Shown piece after piece: positions 16,609 to 25,923 of a DNA stretch of 32,000 bases (within the stretch, counting starts at the first letter, position 1; every line of letters starts with the position of its first letter). The stretch is from Polyangiaceae bacterium (lineage in GTDB: Bacteria > Myxococcota_A > Polyangia > Polyangiales > Polyangiaceae): NCBI GenBank assembly GCA_025937895.1, contig JAICQL010000028.1, forward strand, positions 1-32,000, read 5' to 3'. The notes under the pieces are model-generated. The model did not search any database, had not been told where the DNA came from, and worked only from the letters and a program-made list of their open reading frames with translations. Both the position numbers and the translations under genes were made by a program.

Positions 16609-16668
16609 TTATCTACCAGCATGCATCCACAGCTATCCCCCAACTATCCACAGCCTGTGGACAGGCTG
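16609..16668. promoter_or_regulatory. cluster of DnaA-box-like 9-mers with overlapping palindromes
   Basis: Compared with TTATCCACA: TTATCTACC (16609, 7/9), GCATCCACA (16623, 7/9), CTATCCCCC (16633, 6/9) and CTATCCACA (16644, 8/9). TGTGGACAG (16656) is the reverse complement of CTGTCCACA (7/9, or 8/9 to the high-GC variant TTGTCCACA). This is locally the least GC-rich stretch of the desert. Palindromes TCCACAG-c-CTGTGGA (16647-16661) and CAGCCTG-tgga-CAGGCTG (16651-16668) overlap. Confidence 0.35.
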
Positions 16669-16813
16669 GGGATGACCTGCTCCGCCTTCCCACCCGGGCT
16701 CCGCACGGATTACTGCTCGCTTGTCGAGACGACTCGCTCGACGGCTGCTCCCAGCGACGGTCCGCCGCGTTCCCTCGGCTTCGCTGGCCGCCGCAGGCGA
16801 CCCCTCCGCGCTC

Positions 16814-17140
16814 TCAGCCGGCGGGGGCAGCGGGCAACGGGTCGCCGTTTTCGTCGACTCCGTCGAGCGCTTCGTTCACTCGCTCGAGCAGCTGGCGCAA
16901 CATGGCCTCAGCGCCGTCCAGATCCGCGCGGCGCTGGGCGCGCTCCTGCTCCAGGTCGTGGGCGAGCGCCATCGCGACGAGCAACATCGCCTGCGGGTGC
17001 GACGTGCGATCGGTGCCCGTCAGCGCGCGCAGGCGCTCGTTCACCACGCCGGCGTAGCGCTGCAGCGTCTGCTCGCCGGAGGAGGCGACCAGGCGATACG
17101 ACTGGCCCCCTACACTCACTTCCACGGCGGGGCGCATCAT
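16814..17140 (-). CDS. zapA: cell division protein ZapA
   Basis: From the internal Met: MMRPAVEVSVGGQSYRLVASSGEQTLQRYAGVVNERLRAL...LLVAMALAHDLEQER. Length (~108 aa) and pattern match ZapA. The upstream part of the tracked ORF is Arg-rich junk. Confidence 0.8.
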   Translation of the reverse strand: MMRPAVEVSVGGQSYRLVASSGEQTLQRYAGVVNERLRALTGTDRTSHPQAMLLVAMALAHDLEQERAQRRADLDGAEAMLRQLLERVNEALDGVDENGDPLPAAPAG

Positions 17141-17213
17141 CGCGGCACGGTACCATTCGCCACGCGCAAGGGGAAAGCGCGCTGCGCCCCGGTTCGGAAA
17201 ACAGCCATGCGGC

Positions 17214-17942
17214 CTACAGGCCGCCGCGGCAAACCTCTTGGCTGGTCGCGCACAGGCGGCAGTCGACGTACGCGTCCTGTCCGGCGCTGCACGGGATCTC
17301 CGCCGGCTCCTGGTCGAAGCGGGCACACTCGCCGTTGGCGTTCAGCGCCTCCGACGGGAAGGACACCAGGCAGCCGCGGCACACCTTCACGACGTAGCGG
17401 ATGTTCGCTGATTCGACGTCCACTCCGCCCACCGTCTTGCCGAAGACGCTGACCTCGGCGACGCGGGTCACGGTCTGCCCCGGCTGCAGGCTGTCGCGCA
17501 GCTCTGCGCCAGCAGTCTGCGGAATGAGCGTGGCGTTGATCACGCCGTAACCGGCAGACGCCGATTCATCCGGCAGGATCGTGCCCGAGGCGGGCACCGT
17601 GAACTCCAGCACCTGCGCGCCCTCGTCATCGAACAGGTGCACCTCCGCGCCTTCGATGACGGTGATCATCGTCTCGGTGCGCAGGTTTTCCTTGTCGCCG
17701 CGCGGCGTGAGCTGGCTGCCCACCAGCAAGCTCGCGTCGTAGTCGAGCTTCAGGCCCACATCGAGCACGCCATACCCGAGCAAGGTCGCCGACTCCTCGG
17801 CGGTCACCGTGCAGTCCGGGGGGACACGCGCGGCGTTGCCCTGAATGAACAAGCCCGTCTGCTCGTCGGTGCAACTAGCGCCCGCCCAGAGCAAGAGCGA
17901 GCCGATCAGGCAGCTCCAGCGCCTTCCCAGAAGATCTTTCAT
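17214..17942 (-). CDS. putative secreted lipoprotein (hypothetical)
   Basis: Internal Met gives MKDLLGRRWSCLIGSLLLWAGASC, a signal peptide with lipobox GASC. The mature part has a beta-rich, Cys-containing, non-shadow composition. Confidence 0.6.
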   Translation of the reverse strand: MKDLLGRRWSCLIGSLLLWAGASCTDEQTGLFIQGNAARVPPDCTVTAEESATLLGYGVLDVGLKLDYDASLLVGSQLTPRGDKENLRTETMITVIEGAEVHLFDDEGAQVLEFTVPASGTILPDESASAGYGVINATLIPQTAGAELRDSLQPGQTVTRVAEVSVFGKTVGGVDVESANIRYVVKVCRGCLVSFPSEALNANGECARFDQEPAEIPCSAGQDAYVDCRLCATSQEVCRGGL

Positions 17943-18168
17943 ATGCGCGACCTCGTGTCGGGGCTGTTGGTGGCCCAGTGCTAACAGTCTAACGAGTCGC
18001 CGGAGCCGGCGCCAAAAGATGGGCGAAAACTCCCCCCTGGCGCTGCCCCTCGCGACCTTGCGCGAAGCGCAGCACACCTTGGCACCGGCGCGCCTACCTG
18101 GCCTATTTTCTGCGCACTCGCCTGTGCTGCGAGTCGCCAGTCACCCGGGCGCGGTGGCGAGCCGCGCT

Positions 18169-19749
18169 TCAATCCATGCGCGCCAGATCGCCCGACAGCC
18201 GCACCAGCTCGCCGATCTCCAGGTTCCGGAACTCGATCTGCCCGGGCTCTCGCACCAGCACGAACTTGATGCGCTTGCCCTTGCGCTTCTTGTCCAGCTG
18301 CAGCAGCTCCGCGGCCTGCTCCAGCGGCTCTTCGCGCAGGTTCGTGGGCAAGCCGAGCCGCGCGAGCAGGCGAGTGACGCGCGCGACCAGCAGCTCCGAG
18401 GTCACGGCCAGGCGCTGGCCCAGGCGCAGCGCGGCCACCAGCCCCAGGCTGATCGCCTCTCCATGCGACAGGCGGTCAAAGCCCGCGGCTGCCTCCAGCG
18501 CATGACCGAAGGTATGCCCCAGGTTCAGCGCGGCGCGGATCCCTTGCTCGCGCGCATCCTGGCCCACGACTCGCGCCTTCACCCGGATCGAGCGGCGCAC
18601 CAGCTCCGCGGTCACCCCGGGCTCGCGCCGCAGCACCGCGGGCGCCTGGCGCTCCACCAGCTCGAGCAACCCTGGATCGCCGATCAAGGCCGTCTTCACC
18701 ACCTCCGACAGCGCGGTCATGCCCCGCGGCGGCTCGGTCGCGCAGTAGTCCACGTCGCAGAACACTGCCGACGGCTGCCAGAACGCACCGACGCAGTTCT
18801 TGGCCTGGCCGAGATCGACCCCCGTCTTGCCACCCACGGAGGCGTCCACCATGGAGAGCAAGGTGGTGGGCAGCGCCAGCCAGGGCACGCCGCGCATCCA
18901 GCTGGCCGCGGCAAAGCCGGTGATGTCCGTCACCACCCCGCCGCCCAGCCCCACGAACAAGCTGGAGCGATCGGCGCCGAGCGCGCTGGCGCGCTTCCAG
19001 ATAGTCTCCACCGTCGCCAGCGTTTTGTGCGGCTCGCCCGCGGGCAAGACGAGCAGCTCCACCCCGTCACCGCCCAGCGCCTCGCGCACGCGCGCGGCGT
19101 GCAGCGGCGCCACGTTGCGATCGCTGATCAAGAGGATGCGGCTGCGCCCGTGGGTCCACTCCGGCAGGCGCTGGCCGGCAAAGCCGGCGCCGATCTCGAC
19201 GGCGTACGAGTGCTCTCCGGCGGCCACCGCCACCCCGTCTCGCTGCCACAGCTCCAGCGCCCGCGCGGCCAGCTCCTCAGGGGCGCGACCCGTGGTGTCG
19301 AGCCGGGCATGACACTCGGCATAGGCATTGGCGCGCTCCTCCAGCAGCTGCTCGACGTGCTCTGCCGCGCTGCCCGGCGCCAGCAGCGGGCGCTGCCCTG
19401 ACTGCCCTGCAACTCGCCGCAGGGTCTCGTCCACGTCGGCGACCAGCCCGAGCACGACCGCGCGATCGAGCGCCTTCAGGCGGCGCGAGCGCACCAGGAG
19501 GGCGCCACCCCCGAGCGCCACCACCTCGCGCCTGCCGGCCTCCAGCACCTCCTCCAGCGCCTCCGCCTCCCACTGCCGGAACGTGCGCTCGCCGTGCTGG
19601 GCAAAGATCTCGTGCACCTTCAGGCCCGCTCGGGCCTCGATGCGCTCGTCCAGATCCAGGAAAGGGCAGCCCGCGCGCTGCGCAATCAAGCGACCCACGG
19701 TGGACTTGCCACTCGCCATGAAGCCGTTCAGGAGCAGAGGTCGTTGCAT
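18169..19749 (-). CDS. aroB: bifunctional shikimate kinase / 3-dehydroquinate synthase
   Basis: AroK Walker A LLLNGFMASGKSTVGR at the internal Met (19749). AroB motifs GGGVVTDITGFAAA and NLGHTFGHALE. Confidence 0.9.
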   Translation of the reverse strand: MQRPLLLNGFMASGKSTVGRLIAQRAGCPFLDLDERIEARAGLKVHEIFAQHGERTFRQWEAEALEEVLEAGRREVVALGGGALLVRSRRLKALDRAVVLGLVADVDETLRRVAGQSGQRPLLAPGSAAEHVEQLLEERANAYAECHARLDTTGRAPEELAARALELWQRDGVAVAAGEHSYAVEIGAGFAGQRLPEWTHGRSRILLISDRNVAPLHAARVREALGGDGVELLVLPAGEPHKTLATVETIWKRASALGADRSSLFVGLGGGVVTDITGFAAASWMRGVPWLALPTTLLSMVDASVGGKTGVDLGQAKNCVGAFWQPSAVFCDVDYCATEPPRGMTALSEVVKTALIGDPGLLELVERQAPAVLRREPGVTAELVRRSIRVKARVVGQDAREQGIRAALNLGHTFGHALEAAAGFDRLSHGEAISLGLVAALRLGQRLAVTSELLVARVTRLLARLGLPTNLREEPLEQAAELLQLDKKRKGKRIKFVLVREPGQIEFRNLEIGELVRLSGDLARMD

Positions 19750-19857
19750 GGCTCGCACGCTACCACTCCGCCGCCGCTCTGGGCGCTGCCGATCCGGCAC
19801 GCTGTCGCGCTCGTGCCAGAAAGCTGCCCATTTCCGGCGCCCTCCGCCCGGGCACTA

Positions 19858-19880
19858 TGCTAGCGTTCCGCGCGCTAGCA
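19858..19880. promoter_or_regulatory. 8-bp inverted repeat TGCTAGCG-N7-CGCTAGCA just upstream of the signalling gene start
   Basis: Read directly from the sequence. It ends 10 nt before the ATG at 19891. Confidence 0.3.
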
Positions 19881-19890
19881 CGGCTGGACG

Positions 19891-22800
19891 ATGACGGGAG
19901 ATCTGCCGCCAGAGCTCGACGCATCCCGCGAGCGTTTCATCGCGGAGCTCGGGGAGCGATTGGCTACCCTGCGCCAGAGCCTCGCGCGCTTTGCCAGCGG
20001 CTCAGAGCCGGCCGGTGAGCTCAATGCGCTGCGGCGGCGGGTTCATGCGCTGGCCGCCTCGGCAGAGGTGCTGCGCTTCACGCGCGCGGCCGAAGCCCTG
20101 ACCAGCGCCGAAGCAGGCCTCGCCGGCGCCGGCGGCTGGGATCCGGGGCCGCAGGTGCGCGAGCGCGTCGCCCGCATCCTGGATCTGCTGCCCTCGCTGG
20201 TGCTGGGTGCGCCCCTCGATCTCGCCACTGAGCTCGACAACCCGCGGCTCGAGCCGCTGCGCGAGCCGCTGTGCGTGGTCGTGTATGCCGACGCCAGTCT
20301 GGAAAGCTTGCTGCACACGCCGGGGCTGCAGCGGCCCGGCGCGCCACCGAGCATCGAGAGCCACGCGGCACGGCAGCCCGAGCAGGCGCTGGAGCTGGTC
20401 ACGGAGCTCAGCCCCGACGTGCTGCTGGTCGACGGTGACGATCCCGAGGTGAATGAGCTCTTGCCACGGCTGCGCCAGGCGTTCGGGGGGCGCCCGACGG
20501 CGATCGTGGCAGTGGGCAGCTTCGATCGGCACGAGCCGCTGGCGCGCCTGATGCGCCGGGGCGTCTCGCGCGTCTTGCCCAAGCCCACCGACGCGCTCAC
20601 CTTGCAGCGCACGTTGCGCCAGGTGACGCAGTCGGACGCGGGCGTCGCGGCGCGCACCGTGCAACAGCGCCGGCCGAGCTCGGAGCAGCTGCTGGAGGCG
20701 CTGGAGCGGGAAGCGCGGCGTGCGTTGCGCGAGCCTGCGTCCAGCGTTCCGGGCAGCGCCGGCGCAGGGCCCAGCGCGGCGCAGCAAGCTGCCGTGTGGG
20801 GTGCGCTGGCGCGGCTGCGCTCGCTCGGCGCCCGCTCGGCGCAGGGCGCGCCCGCCGTCTGCTGCGAGGGCCCGAGCGGAGCGCTGCTGCTCTCGGTCGA
20901 TCCGCCCGCGCAGGGCGCCGATGCGCGCCCGCCGTCGGCGCCAGTGCCACTCTCCGGGCGCCGGCTGGTGGTGGCCGACGATGATCCCGCGATCCGTACC
21001 CTGCTCGGCAACGCGCTGGCGGAGCTCGGCGCCACCGTGCTGCCCGCACGCGACGGCGCCGAGGCGCTCGATCTCGCCGAACGGCACTGGCCCGACGCGC
21101 TGGTCAGCGACACCTTGATGCCGGAGCTCGACGGCTTCGAGCTGTGCCGGCGCGTGCGGCAGGACATCGCGCTGTCGGATCTGCCGGTGCTGCTCGTCGC
21201 CTGGCGCGAGCACCTGCTCGCTTGCACGCGCGGGCCTGCCACCGGTCGCGCGCTGGAGCAGCTGGACGGGGCGAGCCTGGCGCTGGCCCTGCGCGAGTGC
21301 CTGGCGCCCCGCGTCGCGCTGGAGCAGCGGCTGGCGCAGCACGATGCCGTGCACGGCCGTCTCGACGGGCTCACTCCGCGCTCGCTGCTGCAGATGGTGT
21401 GTGAGCGCTCGCCCAACGCGCTGCTCAGCGTGCGCAGCGGGCGGCTCAGCTTCGAGTTCAGCATTGCCGACGGCAGGCCCGTGCACGCGCGCTGGTACGA
21501 CGGGGAGCAGCCGCGCGGTGAGGGGCAGTGCGTGCTGGTGCCGTTCCTCGGCGTCCGCACCGGGCGCTTCAGCGTGGAGCCGCTGTTCTCCCCGCCGCTG
21601 TCCCTGTTCGAGGGCGAGGCAAAGGCCGTGCTCAACCCGGCGGCGCTCCGCGCGCGGCGCGCCCGCGAGCTGGTGAGCTCACGGCAGCTGCGCGAGGTGG
21701 GCCGAGTGCTGCTGGATCCGCCCGTGCTCGAGCACTACCTGGCCGAGTTCCCCGCGCAGGCCTCGCTCATCGCACAGCTCGGCAACGGGGACGCGCTGCG
21801 TCGCCTGATCGACGACGAGGCGCGCGGCAGCGAGACGGGGCGGGTCTCCACCTTGCTGGCAGAGCTCGCCAGCCGCGGGGTGATCGGCGCGCTGCTCGAT
21901 CGCCACGGCAACGATCTTCTGCCCGGTGGCCCCGGGTTTCGCCCGGGCAGCACGCCACCGGGCTCGGCGCGCCGCTCGTCACGCCCGCCCGCCCCGAGCG
22001 CTGCCGCGTCTGCCACGAGCGCGCAGCACCTCACGCCAGCGCCACGCTCCGCTCCATCCCCACGCTCCGCTTCATCTCCGCCGCCGGCGCCGCCCTTCGT
22101 CACCCAGCCCGAGCCAGCGAGCCCGGACCCGAGCTCCCCGCTGGCAGCGGAAGCGTCCTTCTTTCAACCGCACGCAGCACCCGCAGCGAGCGAGCTGGAT
22201 TTCACTCCCGCTCCGGGCAAGCCCGAGCCGCCGCCGTCCGATCAGCGAGCTTCTGCGCCGCCGAAGGCCGAGCCGGCGGCGAGCTCCAGGCCGCCGCCTG
22301 CCAGCGAGCCCGAGCTACCGCGAGCCTCGAGCCCGAGCGATCCCGAAGCCGGCGGCACGGAGCTGGATGAGCTCGACGTGGAGTGGCCCCCCAGGCGCAG
22401 CTCGCGAGCTCGCGCTGCAGCGGGCCGCGTGTTGCTCAGCCTGGCTGCAGCCGCGGCGGCCTTCCTGGCCATCCGCGCTGTCGCGTTCCGCTGGGAGGCG
22501 CGCAGCCTGCAGCTGTCCGGCAGCGCGCCTGCGGGCTCGGCGGTCGCGGCGGCGGGCTCGCCGAGCAGGGCTCTCAGCGGCGCAGCCGCCAGTCTGTCGC
22601 CCGCCAGCGCTGCTGGCACCAGGGCGCCGGCTGCTGTCTCCGCCAGCTCGCCACAGAGGGCGCACGCGACGGGTAGCTCTCCTGCAACCAGCGCCGCAGC
22701 AGCGCCTTCCGCCAGCACATCGCCTGCGAGCGCGTCCGTGCCGGTGAGCTTCGAGAGCGAGCTGCTCGAGCTCGCGCCGGGCACCCAGCTCTCGCCGGGG

Positions 22801-23010
22801 CAGGGCCTGCTGGAGGTGCGCAGCTGGCAGCGCCGGCACATCTACGTGGATGGTGTGTTCATGGGCAACTACGACAGCCGTCTGATCCCGCTCGGCGCGG
22901 GCAGCTACCAGCTGCGGCTGAGCGACGGCGTGCAAGAGCTGGAGCGCGCCGTGGAGGTCAAGGCGGGCCGCCGCACGCGCATCTCGGCGCGGCCGAGCAC
23001 GGCGCCGTGA
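19891..23010 (+). CDS. multidomain signalling protein: Hpt-like, degenerate receiver, receiver, DUF4388-like, Pro/Ser/Ala linker, TM helix, C-terminal PEGA domain
   Basis: Hpt-like LNALRRRVHALAASAEVLRF. Receiver RRLVVADDDPAIRTLL...SDTLMPELDGFELCRRVR. DUF4388-like LTPRSLLQMVCERSPNALLSVRSGRLSFEFSIADGRPVHA. TM helix VLLSLAAAAAAFLAIRAVAF. PEGA-like HIYVDGVFMGN...GSYQLRL. Confidence 0.8.
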   Translation: MTGDLPPELDASRERFIAELGERLATLRQSLARFASGSEPAGELNALRRRVHALAASAEVLRFTRAAEALTSAEAGLAGAGGWDPGPQVRERVARILDLLPSLVLGAPLDLATELDNPRLEPLREPLCVVVYADASLESLLHTPGLQRPGAPPSIESHAARQPEQALELVTELSPDVLLVDGDDPEVNELLPRLRQAFGGRPTAIVAVGSFDRHEPLARLMRRGVSRVLPKPTDALTLQRTLRQVTQSDAGVAARTVQQRRPSSEQLLEALEREARRALREPASSVPGSAGAGPSAAQQAAVWGALARLRSLGARSAQGAPAVCCEGPSGALLLSVDPPAQGADARPPSAPVPLSGRRLVVADDDPAIRTLLGNALAELGATVLPARDGAEALDLAERHWPDALVSDTLMPELDGFELCRRVRQDIALSDLPVLLVAWREHLLACTRGPATGRALEQLDGASLALALRECLAPRVALEQRLAQHDAVHGRLDGLTPRSLLQMVCERSPNALLSVRSGRLSFEFSIADGRPVHARWYDGEQPRGEGQCVLVPFLGVRTGRFSVEPLFSPPLSLFEGEAKAVLNPAALRARRARELVSSRQLREVGRVLLDPPVLEHYLAEFPAQASLIAQLGNGDALRRLIDDEARGSETGRVSTLLAELASRGVIGALLDRHGNDLLPGGPGFRPGSTPPGSARRSSRPPAPSAAASATSAQHLTPAPRSAPSPRSASSPPPAPPFVTQPEPASPDPSSPLAAEASFFQPHAAPAASELDFTPAPGKPEPPPSDQRASAPPKAEPAASSRPPPASEPELPRASSPSDPEAGGTELDELDVEWPPRRSSRARAAAGRVLLSLAAAAAAFLAIRAVAFRWEARSLQLSGSAPAGSAVAAAGSPSRALSGAAASLSPASAAGTRAPAAVSASSPQRAHATGSSPATSAAAAPSASTSPASASVPVSFESELLELAPGTQLSPGQGLLEVRSWQRRHIYVDGVFMGNYDSRLIPLGAGSYQLRLSDGVQELERAVEVKAGRRTRISARPSTAP

Positions 23011-25334
23011 GACGGGTGGGGCGAGCGCTCGCCAGTGCCCGGCAACGTGCTCGCCAGGCGCTCGCCGGGCTCGCGGGGCTGCTCGTCGCCGGCGCAGCGC
23101 CGGGCTGCCGCAGCACACCGCGCGAGAGCGTGCGCACGGAGAGCGCGCCCGTGCAGCCACCGCAGGCTGCCCCCGCGCCGCTGCCCGCCGCGAGCGCCCG
23201 CGCCGCGCTGCCGTTCGAGACGCTGGCGCGCTGCCGCATCGATCACGGCGGCTTGTTCCTGGATCTGGGCAGCGAGGCGCAGCAGCTGCACCGCTCCTTC
23301 TCGCTCGGCCCCTTCAGCGACGTGGAGAGCGAGGCCTGGGCGGATCAGAGCCACGCCCGCTTCAACGCTGCTGCGGTCAGCTATGACTTCTGGTTGCGAG
23401 AGCCGCTCCAGGGGCTCTCGCTGCGCGTCCGTGCCAGCTCGGGCAGCGCCACCCAGCTCAGCGCCAGCATCGATCAGACCCGGGTCGGCCTGCAGCGGCT
23501 GCGCGGCGCTGGCTTTCAGACCCTGGTCTTTCCGACCCTGGACAGCCCGCTCGCCCCCGGGCGCCACCAGCTGCACCTGCGCTGGTCGGGCCGCGGCGCA
23601 AGCGAGGCCGGCTACGTCGCTCGCGCGGAGTGGATCCACTGGGCTGATCCCGCGCAGCCCGCAGCACGGTATCGCGCCCCGCACGAGCGCAGCCTGCGCT
23701 CGGACGTGACCCTGGCGGGCAGCCCGCGCCCAGCTCTGCTGCTGGATGCTCCGGGCAAGGTGAGCTGCCCCGTGTCGATCCAGCCGGGCTCGGAGCTGCG
23801 GCTCGGGCTCGGGCAGTGGGGAGAGGGGGAGGGCGTGGCGCGCATCGCGGCGCGCACCGACAGAGGCCCGCGCCGGATCTTGCTGGAGCGACGGATCAGC
23901 GCAACGGCGGGCTGGGCGGACGTGAAGGTGAGCCTCGAGCCGCTCGCGGGACAGCTCGTGGATCTGGAGCTGGAGGCGGTGAGTGACGGCACCACCGGGC
24001 GAGTGGTGTTCAGCGAGCCCAGCATCGTGAGCACCAGCGCACAGGTTCCCGCCAGCACGGCACGCCTGGCCGTGCTGGTGATCGCCAGCGGCCTGCACCA
24101 CGAGCTCTTGCCCCCGTTCACGACGGCACGGCCGCTGCGGCACGCGGCGCGCCTGGCGGCGGCGAGCGTGCGCTTTCCCGCTTACCGGGTGCCCACCACC
24201 CTGGCCGGCGGCGTGGTGGCCACCTTGCTCTCCGGCCTGCCGCCGCTGGCGCACCAGCTGCTCAGCGCGAGCTCGCGCCTGCCCGCCAGCGTGCCGCTGC
24301 TGTCCGAGCGGGTGCACGAGCAGAGCGGCGAGAGCGCCTTCTTCAGCGGGGTGCCACAGACCCGCGCCGCGTTCGGCTTCGAGCGCGGCTGGAACCGCTA
24401 CGAAGCCTTCTCTCCCGTGCACGACGTGGCCGCCACGGCTCCGCTCGAGCGCGCGCGCGGCTGGCTCGAGCAGCAGCTCGAGCGCGACGACGACGTGCGC
24501 CGGCTGCTGGTCGTGCACCTGCGCGGCGGGCATCCTCCCTGGGATCTCACGCGAGAGGAGGTGGCGCAGCTCGAGCCGCAGGACTATGCGGGGCCGCTGG
24601 AGGCGCGCCGTGGCGGCATCATCCTCAAGCACCAGCGCGCGCAGCCCCGCCCCGCGCAGCGCCGACTCTCCTCGACAGACTGGACCCGGCTGCAGGCTCT
24701 GGAGCTGGCCGCGCTAGCCAAGCAAGACGAGGCGCTGGGCTCGCTGCTCGAGCTGCTCGAGCGCGGCAAGCTCTGGGAGCAGACGTTGTTCATCTTCACC
24801 GGTGACGTGGGCCCCGGGGATGCGCCCGAAGCGCCGTTCGGTGACGGCCAGCCCCTGGCTGAAGACCGCCTGGTGGTGCCGCTCTGGATCAAGCTGCCCG
24901 GCGCCAAGCAGGCAGGCGCGGTGATCCCGGCTCCGGTCAGCAGCATCGACGTCACCGCCACCATCGCCGCGGCCCTCGGCCTGCAAGCAAGGGAGGGCAG
25001 CGAGGGCCTGGATCTCGCCCGGCTCGCCCTAGGTCAAGGCCAGCCCGTGGCCAGGCCGCTGCTGAGCCAGCTCGGCTCGGAATACGCGCTGCGCTGGGGC
25101 CGCTGGCTGCTGCGCGGCAACAGCCCGCACACGCCGAGCCTGTGCGATCTGAGCGCTGATCCGGCCTGCGCGCACGACGCGCTGGAGCGCAGCCCGCTGG
25201 CCGCGGAGGCGCTGTGGCGGGTGACCTTCGACGAGCAGCGCCGGCAGGCCGCGCTGGAGGGAGCTGCGAAACGCCCCGAACTGGCGCCGGTGGACCGAGA
25301 GACCTCCGCTGCGCTGCAGGTCTGGGGGGAGTGA
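23007..25334 (+). CDS. sulfatase-like (alkaline-phosphatase superfamily) lipoprotein, possibly catalytically degenerate
   Basis: GTG start overlaps the upstream stop (GTGA). Lipobox-like [10 protein letters not shown]. Sulfatase-like blocks [22 protein letters not shown] and LFIFTGDVG stand where active enzymes usually have D, CxPxR and SDHG. Confidence 0.55.
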   Translation: MRRVGRALASARQRARQALAGLAGLLVAGAAPGCRSTPRESVRTESAPVQPPQAAPAPLPAASARAALPFETLARCRIDHGGLFLDLGSEAQQLHRSFSLGPFSDVESEAWADQSHARFNAAAVSYDFWLREPLQGLSLRVRASSGSATQLSASIDQTRVGLQRLRGAGFQTLVFPTLDSPLAPGRHQLHLRWSGRGASEAGYVARAEWIHWADPAQPAARYRAPHERSLRSDVTLAGSPRPALLLDAPGKVSCPVSIQPGSELRLGLGQWGEGEGVARIAARTDRGPRRILLERRISATAGWADVKVSLEPLAGQLVDLELEAVSDGTTGRVVFSEPSIVSTSAQVPASTARLAVLVIASGLHHELLPPFTTARPLRHAARLAAASVRFPAYRVPTTLAGGVVATLLSGLPPLAHQLLSASSRLPASVPLLSERVHEQSGESAFFSGVPQTRAAFGFERGWNRYEAFSPVHDVAATAPLERARGWLEQQLERDDDVRRLLVVHLRGGHPPWDLTREEVAQLEPQDYAGPLEARRGGIILKHQRAQPRPAQRRLSSTDWTRLQALELAALAKQDEALGSLLELLERGKLWEQTLFIFTGDVGPGDAPEAPFGDGQPLAEDRLVVPLWIKLPGAKQAGAVIPAPVSSIDVTATIAAALGLQAREGSEGLDLARLALGQGQPVARPLLSQLGSEYALRWGRWLLRGNSPHTPSLCDLSADPACAHDALERSPLAAEALWRVTFDEQRRQAALEGAAKRPELAPVDRETSAALQVWGE

Positions 25335-25366
25335 ACAGCGCGCGCGATTTGCCGTACCATCGCGCC

Positions 25367-25906
25367 ATGGCTTCTGCCTCTGCCGCCGGACCGGTCCGAG
25401 TCTACATCTCGCGCGAGCGCATCCAGCAGCGGGTGGCCGAGCTGGGCCGCGAGATCGAGCGCGCTCACCCGGGCGATGCCCCGCTGGTGCTGCTCGGTGT
25501 GCTCAAGGGCAGCTTCATCTTCCTCGCCGATCTGGTGCGCGCCATCGAGCGGCCGATGCGGGTCGAGTTTCTCGGGGTGCAGAGCTACGGCAACGAGACC
25601 AAGAGCAGCGGTGTCGTGCAGATCACCCTGGACGTGACCACGCCCGTCGACGGGAGCGACGTGGTGATCGTGGAGGACATCGTCGACACAGGCCTCACCG
25701 CACACTTTCTGATGCAGCAGCTGGCGGCGCGGCGCGCTCGGAGCGTGCGCCTGTGCTCGCTGCTGCACAAGCCAGCGGGCGCGCGGCGCGAGGTACACAT
25801 CGACTACCTGGGCTTCACCATCGATGACGTCTTCGTGGTGGGCTACGGCCTGGATCACGCGCAGAAGTACCGCAACCTGCCCGACATCTGTGTCGTGGAC
25901 GGCTGA
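25367..25906 (+). CDS. hpt: hypoxanthine phosphoribosyltransferase
   Basis: Start at internal MASASAAG (25367). Motifs [15 protein letters not shown] and PRPP-binding [13 protein letters not shown]. Confidence 0.9.
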   Translation: MASASAAGPVRVYISRERIQQRVAELGREIERAHPGDAPLVLLGVLKGSFIFLADLVRAIERPMRVEFLGVQSYGNETKSSGVVQITLDVTTPVDGSDVVIVEDIVDTGLTAHFLMQQLAARRARSVRLCSLLHKPAGARREVHIDYLGFTIDDVFVVGYGLDHAQKYRNLPDICVVDG

Positions 25907-25923
25907 GGCGGCCCGCGCGGCGC

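Noticed and set aside
16609-16668. Calling the DnaA-box-like cluster the replication origin (oriC).
   Set aside because: No dnaA, dnaN or other origin-linked genes are in the window and no obvious AT-rich unwinding element adjoins the boxes. Only one box reaches 8/9 to the consensus. It is kept as a DnaA-box-like cluster of unknown role.
16560-16813. Looked for a 6S RNA (ssrS) immediately downstream of zapA, because zapA-ssrS-ygfA synteny is common in other bacteria.
   Set aside because: There is no ygfA-like gene downstream. By hand I could not fold a convincing long closing stem with a central bubble. Only local hairpins are visible (e.g. GTCGAG-N8-CTCGAC at about 16722-16741 and the 16647-16668 palindromes). 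An Infernal scan with the Rfam 6S model is needed, so nothing is called.
18080-18096. TGGCAC at 18080-18085 resembles the -24 element of a sigma-54 promoter upstream of the lipoprotein gene region.
   Set aside because: The expected TTGC -12 element is absent at the proper spacing, and the orientation is wrong for the minus-strand lipoprotein gene.
20002-24632. Very long antisense or overlapping ORFs: 20002..21486, 20043..21635 and 22905..24632. The same applies elsewhere to 2438..3637, 4490..5608, 5745..6821, 17845..19401, 26057..27502, 27650..28657, 28611..30086 and 28654..29688.
   Set aside because: They lie opposite to, or out of frame with, genes that carry clear family motifs. They are Arg/Gly/Ala/Pro/His-rich with no motifs. 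Stop-codon scarcity in high-GC DNA explains their length.
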